Part shown: piece after piece, positions 10,142-20,191 of the stretch | Layout: the number at the start of each line of letters is the position of its first letter | Position numbering within the stretch: the stretch's first letter is position 1 | NCBI GenBank assembly: GCA_965205335.1 | Contig: OZ242164.1 | Span: 1,120,001 to 1,184,000, forward strand | DNA length: 64,000 nucleotides | DNA from: Candidatus Woesearchaeota archaeon | GTDB taxonomy: Archaea > Nanobdellota > Nanobdellia > Woesearchaeales > UBA583 | Reading direction: 5' to 3' | Notes under the pieces: model-generated | The model's database searches: none | What the model saw: the letters and a program-made list of their open reading frames with translations, nothing else | What the model was told of the DNA's origin: nothing | Translations under genes and position numbers: made by a program

Positions 10142-10579
10142 ATGGCTCTAAAATTAGTGATTGGTACAAAGTCAGGTAAGTCATATCAAAAGGAACTTAC
10201 AGGAAATGAAGCTGAGGCTCTTTATTCAAGAGTGCTCGGGGATGAACTAAATGGAGATATTTTAGGGATTTCTGGAGCTAAATTTGTTATAACTGGCGGT
10301 TCTGATTCATCAGGTTTTCCCATGAGAAGAGATGTTAGCGTTAGAAGAAAGAGAATTCTTATCACTAAGAGTTTGGGATTTAGAGGAAAGTTAAGAGGTA
10401 AGAGGTTTGGAGGGCTTAGGATTAAGAAAACTGTTGCAGGAAATAGTGTGCATGAGAAGATGCATCAGTTAAATTTAAAGTGTGTGTCAGGCGATGATAA
10501 GGTTGAAAAAATATTTGCTCCACCACCTGAGGAGAAAACTCCTGATAATGCAGAGTCAGAGCAAAAGAAAGAGAGTTAA
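10142..10579 (+). CDS. rps6e: 30S ribosomal protein S6e
   Basis: ITGGSDSSGFPMRRDV, KKTVAGN, QLNLK. Confidence 0.95.
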   Translation: MALKLVIGTKSGKSYQKELTGNEAEALYSRVLGDELNGDILGISGAKFVITGGSDSSGFPMRRDVSVRRKRILITKSLGFRGKLRGKRFGGLRIKKTVAGNSVHEKMHQLNLKCVSGDDKVEKIFAPPPEEKTPDNAESEQKKES

Positions 10580-11922
10580 TTGATTTCTATTGTTTCTCCG
10601 TCAGGAACTACCCACAAATTTTTACTTTGTTTGTAACCAAGTTCTTCGGCAAGTTCAATCATTCCTTCTTTTAGTCTTATATGTCCATGAACTGGAACTA
10701 TGTGTTTGGGTTTAATCATTCCCAATAAGTCTCTGTGGTCTTCTCTTGATGCATGTCCTGATACATGAATGCCTTTGAAGATCTTGCATCTGTAAGTTTC
10801 AAGTTTGGAATCTAAAACCTGTCTTGCTTCAATGTTTACCTGAGTTGGAATGACTTCTGAACTAAATATTACTTTATCGTCTTCTTTTAACTCAAAAGGT
10901 GTTCTGCCTTCTGCAATTTTAGATAAAACTGCATTTTCTTCTCCCTGATGTCCTGTGCATACTGCAATATAATCCTTTTTATTCTTGTTTATAATATCAA
11001 GCCAATGATTAACTTCTGATGGTGTCTCGCATATAATTACCCCTTTTTCTCTAAAATCAATTATTCCTGCATTCTTTGCGGCTTTGCTGTATTTAGCAAT
11101 AGATCTACCCATAAAGACTATTTTACGTCCAAGTTCCTGAGTTAGTTCAACAATTGATTTAAGCCTTGTAATATGTGAGGCAAATGTTGTTATGATTACT
11201 CCTTGAGTATTTACTATGTCTGTTTCAATAAATATATCACGAAGCATTTCTTTTACAACAATTTCTGATAGAGTTTTTCTTTTCAGATTTGATCTAACTG
11301 AATCAACTACTAAAAGTTTAACTCCTAATTTGTTAAGTTCTTTAATTCTCTCATAATTAGTTCTTTGTCCAAGCGCTGGCCTGTTGTCAAATTTAAAATC
11401 ATTTGCATATAATATAACACCTTCTTTTGTGTGTATCGCAACCATTGCAGTCTGAGGGATTGAATGCGTCACATTAATGAATTCAACTTCCACGCCTGAG
11501 GGCATAACAAAGGAAGAATTAACATTTACTTTGATGAATTTGTTTTTCAAAGGTGAATTAACATATCTCTGAGATTTCATTAAGACCTTCAACACTTCAA
11601 TTGTAAATGGTGTTCCATATATTGGAGCCTGTGGAAACAATTGAGCCATATACTGAACTGCTCCTATGTGGTCTAAGTGAGCATGGGAAATAACAATTGC
11701 TTTAACTTTGTCCTTTTTATCCATAAGCATCTTAGGGTCTGGAATAATGTTTTTTTCAATCATTTCCTCCATACTCATTTTATCAACTTCATCATTATAC
11801 AAAATAAGATTGCTTAATTGAAGTCCCATATCACATATAATAATTTCATCTTCTATTTCAAAAGCCATCATATTACGGCCTGCCTCATCTACTCCTCCTA
11901 TACAATGCATTTTTATTGTCAT
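10576..11922 (-). CDS. rnj: archaeal RNase J (beta-CASP)
   Basis: SHAHLDHIG, THSIP, TGHQGE, HVSGHA and PVHG motifs. Confidence 0.93.
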   Translation of the reverse strand: MTIKMHCIGGVDEAGRNMMAFEIEDEIIICDMGLQLSNLILYNDEVDKMSMEEMIEKNIIPDPKMLMDKKDKVKAIVISHAHLDHIGAVQYMAQLFPQAPIYGTPFTIEVLKVLMKSQRYVNSPLKNKFIKVNVNSSFVMPSGVEVEFINVTHSIPQTAMVAIHTKEGVILYANDFKFDNRPALGQRTNYERIKELNKLGVKLLVVDSVRSNLKRKTLSEIVVKEMLRDIFIETDIVNTQGVIITTFASHITRLKSIVELTQELGRKIVFMGRSIAKYSKAAKNAGIIDFREKGVIICETPSEVNHWLDIINKNKKDYIAVCTGHQGEENAVLSKIAEGRTPFELKEDDKVIFSSEVIPTQVNIEARQVLDSKLETYRCKIFKGIHVSGHASREDHRDLLGMIKPKHIVPVHGHIRLKEGMIELAEELGYKQSKNLWVVPDGETIEIN

Positions 11923-12162
11923 TTTTCATATATTTTGTAATTATGTTTTTTTTTGTGAGGATAAGAATTAGATTTTAGATTTAATACTAAGGTTAAAACC
12001 AAAAAAACCTCAAAGGTTTCCTAAGTTTTCTATCAAAATATTAAAAATAAAGATTATATCTCTAATCCTAACCTAATTATAAGTAGGATTTGTTAATTTA
12101 TAAATATTTGCAAATAATCAAGGTAAGAATAATTTTATAAAAGTATATCATATTCTATTATT

Positions 12163-12699
12163 ATGAAGTTAGTGCCTAAGTATTCATATGAGTTTAATTG
12201 TGTGTTAAATTCTGATTTTTCTGAGAGTGAACAAATTAAAAACTTTGCATCGATTATATCTGATAAGGATAGATTTTTGGTTTTGTTGCCTTATTTTGAG
12301 AGTAACAAGGATTTTATTGAAGAGAGATTAGGTTTTGAGTTACCTCTAATCTTAGAATTTTATGTGGTTCGCTGCGAGAAATTTAAGTCTTTTAGTGAGC
12401 CAGTAACAATTGAGTATAGTATCAATCCACAGGAGATGTTTCTTTTTTTATTTAAGGAAGTTTTAAAGGTTACAATAAATATGAGGTTTCCTGATGAGGT
12501 TACACGTGAGAAATATATTAATTCTTTTATTGGATATGTTTGTATTAATTGTGATTTTGATTCTCAAAATTTTAAGGAATTTGAGGATGCTCTGCACAAT
12601 GAATCAAAGAGATTATATCCTGATTATGAGAATTCTGAAATTGATTTTAGTACAAAGACAATGAAAGAACACTTAGAGAGTATGTATAAAGATGATTGA
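12163..12699 (+). CDS. hypothetical protein
   Basis: 178-aa ORF preceded by a TATA box; overlaps the lgt start. Confidence 0.7.
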   Translation: MKLVPKYSYEFNCVLNSDFSESEQIKNFASIISDKDRFLVLLPYFESNKDFIEERLGFELPLILEFYVVRCEKFKSFSEPVTIEYSINPQEMFLFLFKEVLKVTINMRFPDEVTREKYINSFIGYVCINCDFDSQNFKEFEDALHNESKRLYPDYENSEIDFSTKTMKEHLESMYKDD

Positions 12700-13435
12700 G
12701 CCTGTTGCATTCTCTGTTTTTGGATTGAAGATTTATTGGTATGGACTCTTCTATGTGTTTGGGTTTTTCTTTGCTTATTTGTTTATGATTTATTTTGCAA
12801 AGGATTTTGGGTTTAAGAAGAAATTCATTGAGGATGTTTTTCTTTACTTCATGATTTTTTCAGTTATTGGGGGGAGAGTGTTTTATATTATTTTTTATAA
12901 TTTAGAATATTATATAAGCAATCCTCTTGAGATATTTGCAGTGTGGAATGGAGGAATGAGTATTCATGGAGGTATTTTTTTTGGGTGTTTAACTCTTTTA
13001 TATTTTTCAAGAAAGGCTAATGTGGAATTTTTAAAGTTGACAGATTTGTTTGCTATTCCTGCATCACTTGGGGTTGCATTTGGAAGGTTGGCTAATTTTA
13101 TTAATCAGGAATTAGTTGGCAATGTTACTAACAGTGAAATCGGAGTAATTTTTCCTCTTTATGATAATGAGAAAAGATTGCCGTATCAGTTATTTGCAGG
13201 ATTTAAGAATCTAATTGTGTTTAATATTTTGCTTTATATTCAGTTTTTTAAAAAGGTTAAAAGTGGTGTTATTACAGCATTGTTTTTAATTTTTTATTCT
13301 TTTGGTAGATTTTTTATTGATTTTTATAGAGAACCAACAATTGTACTTGGCATAATTTCAATGGGGCAGTTGCTAAATTTGATTTTTGGTTTGTTTGGAT
13401 GCTATTTGCTTATAAGAATTCTAAAGAGCAAATGA
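12692..13435 (+). CDS. lgt: prolipoprotein diacylglyceryl transferase (Lgt family)
   Basis: YWYG, GGRVFY, GGMSIHGG, GRLANFINQE, PYQL and YSFGRFFIDFYREP motifs. Confidence 0.9.
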   Translation: MIEPVAFSVFGLKIYWYGLFYVFGFFFAYLFMIYFAKDFGFKKKFIEDVFLYFMIFSVIGGRVFYIIFYNLEYYISNPLEIFAVWNGGMSIHGGIFFGCLTLLYFSRKANVEFLKLTDLFAIPASLGVAFGRLANFINQELVGNVTNSEIGVIFPLYDNEKRLPYQLFAGFKNLIVFNILLYIQFFKKVKSGVITALFLIFYSFGRFFIDFYREPTIVLGIISMGQLLNLIFGLFGCYLLIRILKSK

Positions 13436-14956
13436 TTATTTTAAGAGCCTTTTTATGAAATATCCTGTAAATGCAATAGTTCCTAATATGTAGAAGGCTG
13501 ATAGGAATATGAATCTTATGTATTTCTCATTGAAAATGATTGGGTTGTATATGTTCTGGATTTGGATGAGGTAAGGGATTTGACTGAAATAAAATATTGA
13601 GGTGTAAATAATGAAAAATACTAATACTATGATTGGTATTAATTTGTGTTTTAGGTTTTGAGATTTTGAATGAACTATGAAATAATAAACTTCAATGTTA
13701 ACCACTATGAAAATAATTAGAAAGATCAGCAGATTGAATATAGTTTTTGGTTCAATTATATTATTTGTGATTAGATTATGTGTTTTTATTTCAACGCCTA
13801 ATATTCCAGAAGAACTATCAAGGACTCCTATTGTCAAGGGTGTATCTAAATCAGGCAGAAAGATGATTGCAAGAAAGAGTAGGGACGATACCAAGAATAG
13901 ATATCTTATTAGAATTGGAGTTTTTGATTTTTTTTGAATTATTTTATAGATATAATAGAGAGGACCTGCCATGATTAGAAAGAAGAAGAGAATTGCACAC
14001 AGATACGCAAGTAGAATTATGGCAGATAAAGGGATTGAGTTTACAGTTTGGAAATCATAATAGATTTTACTTTTTTCAAAATCAAAGATGTTAATTATTG
14101 GTTCATTTAGCAATTGAGAGTACAAAGGGTTTCCATTGCCTAATGTGTATGGGACAAGATAAACCCCTATGTCAACAACTAAATGAAGAGCCAAGATTAC
14201 AGATACTCCAATCATGAATGTTTTCTTGTTTGAGAAATAAGATATTAGAGTTTGATAGAATGAGTTTCCTGTGTTCGAGATTGTTTGCAAAAAATTAGAT
14301 GTGTCTGATTTGGTATGGTGTGCTATGTATTTTGCAAGATAGTAAATTGAGCCAAGTATTAGTATTAGAGAATCAACTGCAAGTGCAAACCATTCCATAA
14401 AGAAGTTAAATACTGTAATGCTAAAGAAACTTAGAGTTAGAATCAGGATAATGTATTCTCCGATTGCTCTTTTTATTTGAAAACTTCCAATTAAAGAGTC
14501 TTTGGTTGGTGTGTATTTTCTAAGTAAGTGTATTGCTACAAGAATTATGATTGCTAATCCTAGTATGAAGAGGCTTTGCTCAAATTCAGCACTGCTTTTG
14601 GCAGAAATTGACTGAAAGAAATTAATTACGAAACTGAATATTATAAAGTCCGAGTTTAATATTGATTCTAAGTTTACATAATGTATCATTAGTTTGGGTA
14701 CTGCCATCATAGAGAATGAGATTATTAGGATTAAGTCCATTAGTTTGTCTTTTGTTCCAATGAACATTTTTGTAAAACTTGCTTTGTAGAATATGTAACC
14801 TATTAAACCCCATGATAGAAGTTTTTTAAAGAAATCCAAATCAGCCAAGAGGAAATTCAGGAAGTCAAATATGTTTAATAGAATGAATAATGCAAAATAA
14901 AATGAGAGGATGAGTTTCTTTTGGATTGTTTTTTTTGGTTTGGAATCCCTGTTCAT
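13436..14956 (-). CDS. multi-pass membrane protein, function unknown
   Basis: 506 aa with more than 10 hydrophobic segments. Confidence 0.75.
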   Translation of the reverse strand: MNRDSKPKKTIQKKLILSFYFALFILLNIFDFLNFLLADLDFFKKLLSWGLIGYIFYKASFTKMFIGTKDKLMDLILIISFSMMAVPKLMIHYVNLESILNSDFIIFSFVINFFQSISAKSSAEFEQSLFILGLAIIILVAIHLLRKYTPTKDSLIGSFQIKRAIGEYIILILTLSFFSITVFNFFMEWFALAVDSLILILGSIYYLAKYIAHHTKSDTSNFLQTISNTGNSFYQTLISYFSNKKTFMIGVSVILALHLVVDIGVYLVPYTLGNGNPLYSQLLNEPIINIFDFEKSKIYYDFQTVNSIPLSAIILLAYLCAILFFFLIMAGPLYYIYKIIQKKSKTPILIRYLFLVSSLLFLAIIFLPDLDTPLTIGVLDSSSGILGVEIKTHNLITNNIIEPKTIFNLLIFLIIFIVVNIEVYYFIVHSKSQNLKHKLIPIIVLVFFIIYTSIFYFSQIPYLIQIQNIYNPIIFNEKYIRFIFLSAFYILGTIAFTGYFIKRLLK

Positions 14957-14987
14957 TGTGTGTTTGCAGTAAAAAATCTTTATAAAT

Positions 14988-15866
14988 TTGGTTTACTACT
15001 TAGAAACTATGTTTAGTGTTAGCAGTAGGTTATGTATGGAGAGAAGGTCTGTTTTTTTAATTAATTTTTTTTTAATTTTTATTATTCTTTTCTTTTTTCT
15101 TTATGACATTTCTGTGATGTATCTTTTTTATTTTATATTAATTTTTACATCTGTTTTGTCATATTTATATTTTAGAAAATCCAAGAGTTTAGCCAGAGCA
15201 TTGATTACAACTAATTTATTTATTTTTTTCTATTTTCTATATCCATTTATTGCACTCTTTATGCATGAGATTTTTGAGAGTTTCTGGTATATTTTCATTA
15301 TTTTTTATCATATTTTGATTGGATATTTGTTTTTGGTTCTCAGTGGGAATTCAAAGAATTTGTTAGGTAATATTGAGAAGTTTTCTTCAAAGGTTTTTTT
15401 GTTGGTTCTGTTATGTGGTATTGTTTTCGGATTTTTGTTTTTTCTTGTAGGTGAGCCAATTTCTCAAGAAATACTAAAGGGAGAAGGCATGAATTCACAA
15501 GTTATCAGTTTTATTATTCTTTCTTCTTTTCTTGTGGCTTTTTCTGAGCAGATGATTTTCAGTGGTTTTTTGTTTAATACATATAAAGGGCTTAGTCCAA
15601 GGTATCATGCCTTTTATCAGACGGCAATAATTTTTGTTCTGTTTCATTCGCTGAGGTTTGAGGTTTTATTTGAAGCGTATTTTAAGAGTTTTGGCGAGTT
15701 GTTTTTATTGTATATTTTTCTATATTATGTTTTGTTGTTTTTCTTTATGATTTCAGCATTGTATTTTTATTCTTTCAAGCATAAAGAGGTTGAAGGTAAT
15801 TTTATTTATCCTTTGTGTTTGCATTTTTTAACGGATTTTGTTTGGTTATTTTTCTATTTTACATAA
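14988..15866 (+). CDS. CPBP (Abi/CAAX) family intramembrane protease-like protein
   Basis: AFSEQMIFSG (EExxFRG variant), FVLFH and LHFLTD. Confidence 0.6.
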   Translation: MVYYLETMFSVSSRLCMERRSVFLINFFLIFIILFFFLYDISVMYLFYFILIFTSVLSYLYFRKSKSLARALITTNLFIFFYFLYPFIALFMHEIFESFWYIFIIFYHILIGYLFLVLSGNSKNLLGNIEKFSSKVFLLVLLCGIVFGFLFFLVGEPISQEILKGEGMNSQVISFIILSSFLVAFSEQMIFSGFLFNTYKGLSPRYHAFYQTAIIFVLFHSLRFEVLFEAYFKSFGELFLLYIFLYYVLLFFFMISALYFYSFKHKEVEGNFIYPLCLHFLTDFVWLFFYFT

Positions 15867-16014
15867 GTTCTTATGTTAAGTTTTGATGAATTGGTAGTAA
15901 ATCTGAAGAAATCTTTAATGTAAATGGTTCTTCGCTAAGTTTTAAAAAGGAATATTTATTAACTTTTTTATGAAATATCTATTTTATAGTTTATTTCATG
16001 TGTAATTTAAAAAG

Positions 16015-16575
16015 ATGACAGAACTTAAAAGGGAATATGTAGTCCCGCTAAGGCGAAAGATGAGAACTGCGCCAAAGTGGAGAAGAAGTAAAAAGGCAGT
16101 GTCTGTTTTGAAAGATTTTATGCGAAAACACATGAAAACGGAGGTTGTTGTTATTTGCTCTGATTTGAATGAGTATATATGGAAATGCGGCAATAAGAAT
16201 CCTCCCGGAAAGGTGTCTGTTGTTGCACTGAAAACAGATGTTAATGGCACAGAGAAAACTATTGTGAGTTTAGCAGATGTTAATATTGATAAACAGTTGG
16301 AGTCATATGCAGAGTCTAAACCTGGGGTTGCAACTTCTGATGAATCCAAGGATAAAGGTGTTGAGGATGCAAATGTTAAAGAGATAGATTCAAAGGATGA
16401 GAAAAATAAGTCTGAGGAGAAGCAGACTGAAGAAGCAGATTTAGAGGATAAGATAAGTGAGAGTAAGGATGAACCCCAAATTGAAGATGAAATAGAAATG
16501 AATAAGGAGAAAAAGGAACAGGAATCAGGAAATGATGAAAAGGAGGAAAGTAAAGAGGTGAAGAAGGATGAGTAA
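16015..16575 (+). CDS. rpl31e: 50S ribosomal protein L31e with an acidic C-terminal extension
   Basis: REYVVPLR..PKWRRSKKAV..LNEYIW..NPP. Confidence 0.93.
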   Translation: MTELKREYVVPLRRKMRTAPKWRRSKKAVSVLKDFMRKHMKTEVVVICSDLNEYIWKCGNKNPPGKVSVVALKTDVNGTEKTIVSLADVNIDKQLESYAESKPGVATSDESKDKGVEDANVKEIDSKDEKNKSEEKQTEEADLEDKISESKDEPQIEDEIEMNKEKKEQESGNDEKEESKEVKKDE

Positions 16576-16948
16576 ATTAGTAACTGAGTTAAAGAGTGTG
16601 AAGGAGATTAAAGCCCCCATTTGGGCTCCTTTTGTTAAGACTGGTTCAGGTAAGCAAAGGCCTCCACAGAGGTTAGATTGGTGGCATGTCAGAGCGGCAT
16701 CTGTTTTAAGTAAGATTCATAAGTTTGGTCCGATTGGAACAAATAAGTTATCAAAGCAATATGGGTGTAGGAAAAATAGAGGTCATAGGCCTGAGAAGAA
16801 AGTTGATGGGTCAAGAAATATTATAAGAAAATGCATCCAGCAACTTGAAGCGGCAAATTTAATAAAACAAGTTAAATCTCCAAAGGCAGGAAAGGTTTTA
16901 ACGAAAGAAGGGACAGAATTCTTAAAGAAGGTAAATAAAAATGGTTGA
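16568..16948 (+). CDS. rps19e: 30S ribosomal protein S19e
   Basis: PIWAPFVKTG..RPP..DWWHVRAAS..IIRKCIQQLE. Confidence 0.95.
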   Translation: MSKLVTELKSVKEIKAPIWAPFVKTGSGKQRPPQRLDWWHVRAASVLSKIHKFGPIGTNKLSKQYGCRKNRGHRPEKKVDGSRNIIRKCIQQLEAANLIKQVKSPKAGKVLTKEGTEFLKKVNKNG

Positions 16949-17207
16949 TGGTATAATTGTAAATTATAGAAGGGGAAGAAGAACCCAGACAACTAATCAG
17001 ATGATTATTTTAGTTCCGCAATATGATAAGGAGAAGGCTAATACTCTTATTGGAAAGGAAGTTGTTTATGTTTGCTTGGGAAAAAATAAAACTCAGATTA
17101 AGGGTAAGATAACATCTGTTCATGGTAATAAGGGAGCAGTTCGGGCTTTGTTTGAGAGAGGAGTTCCCGGTCAGGCGATTGGAGATAAGATAGAGGTGAG
17201 GGTGTAA
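16941..17207 (+). CDS. rpl35ae: 50S ribosomal protein L35Ae
   Basis: YRRGRRTQ..GKITSVHGNKGAVRALF..PGQAIG. Confidence 0.93.
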   Translation: MVDGIIVNYRRGRRTQTTNQMIILVPQYDKEKANTLIGKEVVYVCLGKNKTQIKGKITSVHGNKGAVRALFERGVPGQAIGDKIEVRV

Positions 17208-17210
17208 AAA

Positions 17211-17900
17211 ATGGCAAAGTTGAGAAAGTGGTGTGCTTACAGGAAGGTTGAAAGACCTTATACAAGATGGTCTAAGGTTAGAAAGAAAGCATTTGTAAAG
17301 TCAAGACCAGGTAAGAAAGTAATCAAGTTTGATATGGGAGATATAATCGGAGGATATAAGCAATTTGATACTCATTTAACTCTTGTTTCAAAGGATTTAG
17401 CTCAGATTAGAACTAATGCAATTGAGGCTTCAAGAATTACAGGTCTTAAGAAGTTAGAATTAAGACTTGGTAGAATGGGGTTTTATTTTAGAATTAGAGC
17501 AGTTCCTCATCAAGTTATTCGAGAAAATGCATTAGCGGCAGGAGCTGGAGCAGATAGACTTTCAACTGGTATGAAACATTCTTTTGGGAAAATGATTGGA
17601 ACAGCATGTCAGGTTCAGAAAGATAAAGTGATTTATGATTTGTATGTTCCTCGTGAGCATGAAAATCTTGCAAGAGAGATTCTAAAGAAAATGTCCGGAA
17701 AGTTGCCAATTAGAACAACAATTAAGTGTGAATATGTTAAAGCCATTGAGCTAACTGAGGAAGAGAAAGCCGCAAGGGATGCTAAGGAAGCAGCAAGGAT
17801 GGAAGCTAAGGAGGATATCGAGGAAGAGGAAGGAAAAGAAGAAGTGGCAAGTGATGAAAAAAGTGATTCTACAAATGAAAAAGAAGTTAAGGAAGAATAG
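17211..17900 (+). CDS. rpl10e: 50S ribosomal protein L10e/uL16 with an acidic tail
   Basis: AIEASR, PHQVIREN..GAGADRLSTGMKHSFGK. Confidence 0.95.
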   Translation: MAKLRKWCAYRKVERPYTRWSKVRKKAFVKSRPGKKVIKFDMGDIIGGYKQFDTHLTLVSKDLAQIRTNAIEASRITGLKKLELRLGRMGFYFRIRAVPHQVIRENALAAGAGADRLSTGMKHSFGKMIGTACQVQKDKVIYDLYVPREHENLAREILKKMSGKLPIRTTIKCEYVKAIELTEEEKAARDAKEAARMEAKEDIEEEEGKEEVASDEKSDSTNEKEVKEE

Positions 17901-17948
17901 TATTCTTTCAATAAGTTTTTTAAATGTTTAACACTAATTTATTGTATT

Positions 17949-18023
17949 GGCCCTGTGGTCTAGTCTGGATATGACAACAGCCTTCTAAGCTGTGGATCGC
18001 CAGTTCAAATCTGGCCAGGGTCG
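17949..18023 (+). tRNA. tRNA-Arg(TCT)
   Basis: Acceptor GGCCCTG/CAGGGTC, anticodon arm ACAGC-CTTCTAA-GCTGT, T-loop GTTCAAATC. Confidence 0.93.
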
Positions 18024-18094
18024 TTAATATATAAGAGGTTTTTAGTTTGTGTGCAAAAAACTTTTTAAAAGGAAAAGTTTTTCCTCTTATAAAT

Positions 18095-18169
18095 CCCCCT
18101 GTGGTGTAGTCCGGCCAATCATTTCGGCCTTTCGAGCCGAGGACCTGGGTTCAAATCCCGGCGGGGGGG
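18095..18169 (+). tRNA. tRNA-Glu(TTC)
   Basis: Acceptor CCCCCTG/CGGGGGG, anticodon arm TCGGC-CTTTCGA-GCCGA, T-loop GTTCAAATC. Confidence 0.93.
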
Positions 18170-18269
18170 CTTTTGTTTAATTCTTTTTATATAAAACCCA
18201 ATAACTTCAATTTTCAAGAAAAATATAAACTAAGAAATCACCTGTAATATGTATCTTTTAAATAGAATT

Positions 18270-18617
18270 CTAATGCTCATTTTGTTTGTCTTTATCTTTG
18301 GGGATTTTAATTTCTTTATGAGGCAGAAGAGCTGCTTCAAGAATTTTTGAGCGTATTTCCTGTGTGCGTCTTAATTGTTCAATATAACTTGCAGATTCAA
18401 TTAGTTCATCAAAGAATTCCATTATGTTTTCATCTTTTATTACTGAACCATCTTTAAAACTCATACTGATAATGTAGTTTTTCTCATCACAATCTATTAG
18501 AAAGTAATAGTCTTCTAATTTTACATAACAAGCCTGAACCAGAATTTCTTTGGGATAAATGTTCTTGTTGATTTTAATAGTTGCAGTTTTGCCATCAATT
18601 GAATAATTTTTCTTCAT
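18270..18617 (-). CDS. HxsD-like protein (His-Xaa-Ser system)
   Basis: NKNIYPKEILVQACY..EFFDELI..TQEIRSKILEAAL pattern; divergent from the HxsB-like gene. Confidence 0.65.
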   Translation of the reverse strand: MKKNYSIDGKTATIKINKNIYPKEILVQACYVKLEDYYFLIDCDEKNYIISMSFKDGSVIKDENIMEFFDELIESASYIEQLRRTQEIRSKILEAALLPHKEIKIPKDKDKQNEH

Positions 18618-18667
18618 GATAGTACATAAAAAGAAATGTTTATAAATATTCTTCTTGTGGAAATAAT

Positions 18668-20092
18668 ATGTTTCTCAAAAAAGAAGGAGAAGATCACATT
18701 CTGAATTTTTATAGGCATAAATTATATGATAAAAAAAGAAATCTGTATCTTTTAACAGTTGATGATGGAAATTTCATATTTTTAAATAAGGAAAGTATGA
18801 CAAATCTGAAAAAGGGATTGGTAACAAATGAAGAGATATATGAAAAATTATTAGAGAGGGGAATAATTATTAATGATTCAAATTTTAATGATATTGTTAA
18901 GAAGACAAGAAAGAGATATGCTTTTCTTATGAATGGAACTTCACTTCATATTGTTATTCCAACGTCAAGGTGTAATCTTGGATGTACTTATTGTTTTGCA
19001 TCACCTGACCCTATAACTGCCCCTCGTGACGAAAAGGATTTAGATGAGAAAACGGCAATTAAGATAGTTGATTTTATTATGAATTCTCCGTCTAATGTAA
19101 TAACTATTGAGTTTCAGGGCGGTGAGGCAACTGCAAGATTTGATTTAGTAAAAATTATGGCACAACATGCAAAGAAATTAAATGAGAAACTAAAGAAGGA
19201 TTTGAGATTAACTATTGTTTCAAATTTAACTCTTATGACAGATGATATGGCAAATTGGTTAATTGATAATGATGTTAGTATTTGCACATCACTTGATGGA
19301 CCAAGATATGTTCATGATGAAAATAGGTTTATCCATGTAAGAGAGGGGAAAGAGGTTGGAACTCATGATAAGGTTATTTACTGGATTAAAAGGATAAATG
19401 GTTTCTATAAGGAAAAGAAGAAGCAGGGACAAGTTTCTGCTCTTATGACTATAACAAAGCACTCTCTTCCTTATTATAAGGAGATAGTTGATGAGTATGT
19501 TTCTCTTGGGATTTATTTGCTTGATATAAGGCATTTAACGTTTGTTGGAAAAGCAACACAGACTACTCTGCCAATTCATTATAGTGAAAATGAGTTTATT
19601 GATTTTTATAATAAGTCTTTAGAGTATATGAAGGAGCTTGAAAAGAAGGGAATTAGAACGGTAGAACGAATGAGGGATATGTATTATACAAAGGTGTTAG
19701 TGAATAGACCAACATATCATGCTGATTTTGAAAGTCCATGTGGAGCGGCAACAGGACAGATTGTATATCATTCAAATGGAGATATTTATACTTGTCATGA
19801 AGCGTTAGGGCGTGATGAGTTTAGACTTGGAAATGTGTTTTCTGATTCTTGGCAGGATATATTCACAAAGGAAGAGACATCTAAAGCTATACTTAATTCA
19901 ATGCTTGAATCAAATGTTAAATGTGATAGGTGTGTTTTCAAACCATATTGCGGAACATGTATGGTTGAGAATTTTTATCATTTCGGAAAGTTTAATTTTT
20001 ATCCAACAAAGACTGCAAAGCATAGTGAGACTATAATGCAGTGCACAAAGATATTTGATGAGGTTCTGGAAAAGGCACTGAAAGTTGATTAA
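18668..20092 (+). CDS. radical SAM/SPASM maturase, HxsB-like
   Basis: TSLHIVIPTSRCNLGCTYC, IEFQGGE, TSLDGP, SPCGA..GDIYTC and CxxCxFKPYCG SPASM motifs. Confidence 0.85.
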   Translation: MFLKKEGEDHILNFYRHKLYDKKRNLYLLTVDDGNFIFLNKESMTNLKKGLVTNEEIYEKLLERGIIINDSNFNDIVKKTRKRYAFLMNGTSLHIVIPTSRCNLGCTYCFASPDPITAPRDEKDLDEKTAIKIVDFIMNSPSNVITIEFQGGEATARFDLVKIMAQHAKKLNEKLKKDLRLTIVSNLTLMTDDMANWLIDNDVSICTSLDGPRYVHDENRFIHVREGKEVGTHDKVIYWIKRINGFYKEKKKQGQVSALMTITKHSLPYYKEIVDEYVSLGIYLLDIRHLTFVGKATQTTLPIHYSENEFIDFYNKSLEYMKELEKKGIRTVERMRDMYYTKVLVNRPTYHADFESPCGAATGQIVYHSNGDIYTCHEALGRDEFRLGNVFSDSWQDIFTKEETSKAILNSMLESNVKCDRCVFKPYCGTCMVENFYHFGKFNFYPTKTAKHSETIMQCTKIFDEVLEKALKVD

Positions 20093-20191
20093 TACAATAT
20101 GAATCAATTATTCCTATTTCATATAGAGAACCTAAAAGATTATATAATAGCAACCAAAGATTTAAAAAGAATTTAGATATTCTATATTTAC

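Noticed and set aside
11940-12095. Possible structured leader upstream of rnj
   Set aside because: Pairings are short and A/T-dominated, and cannot be told from chance by eye
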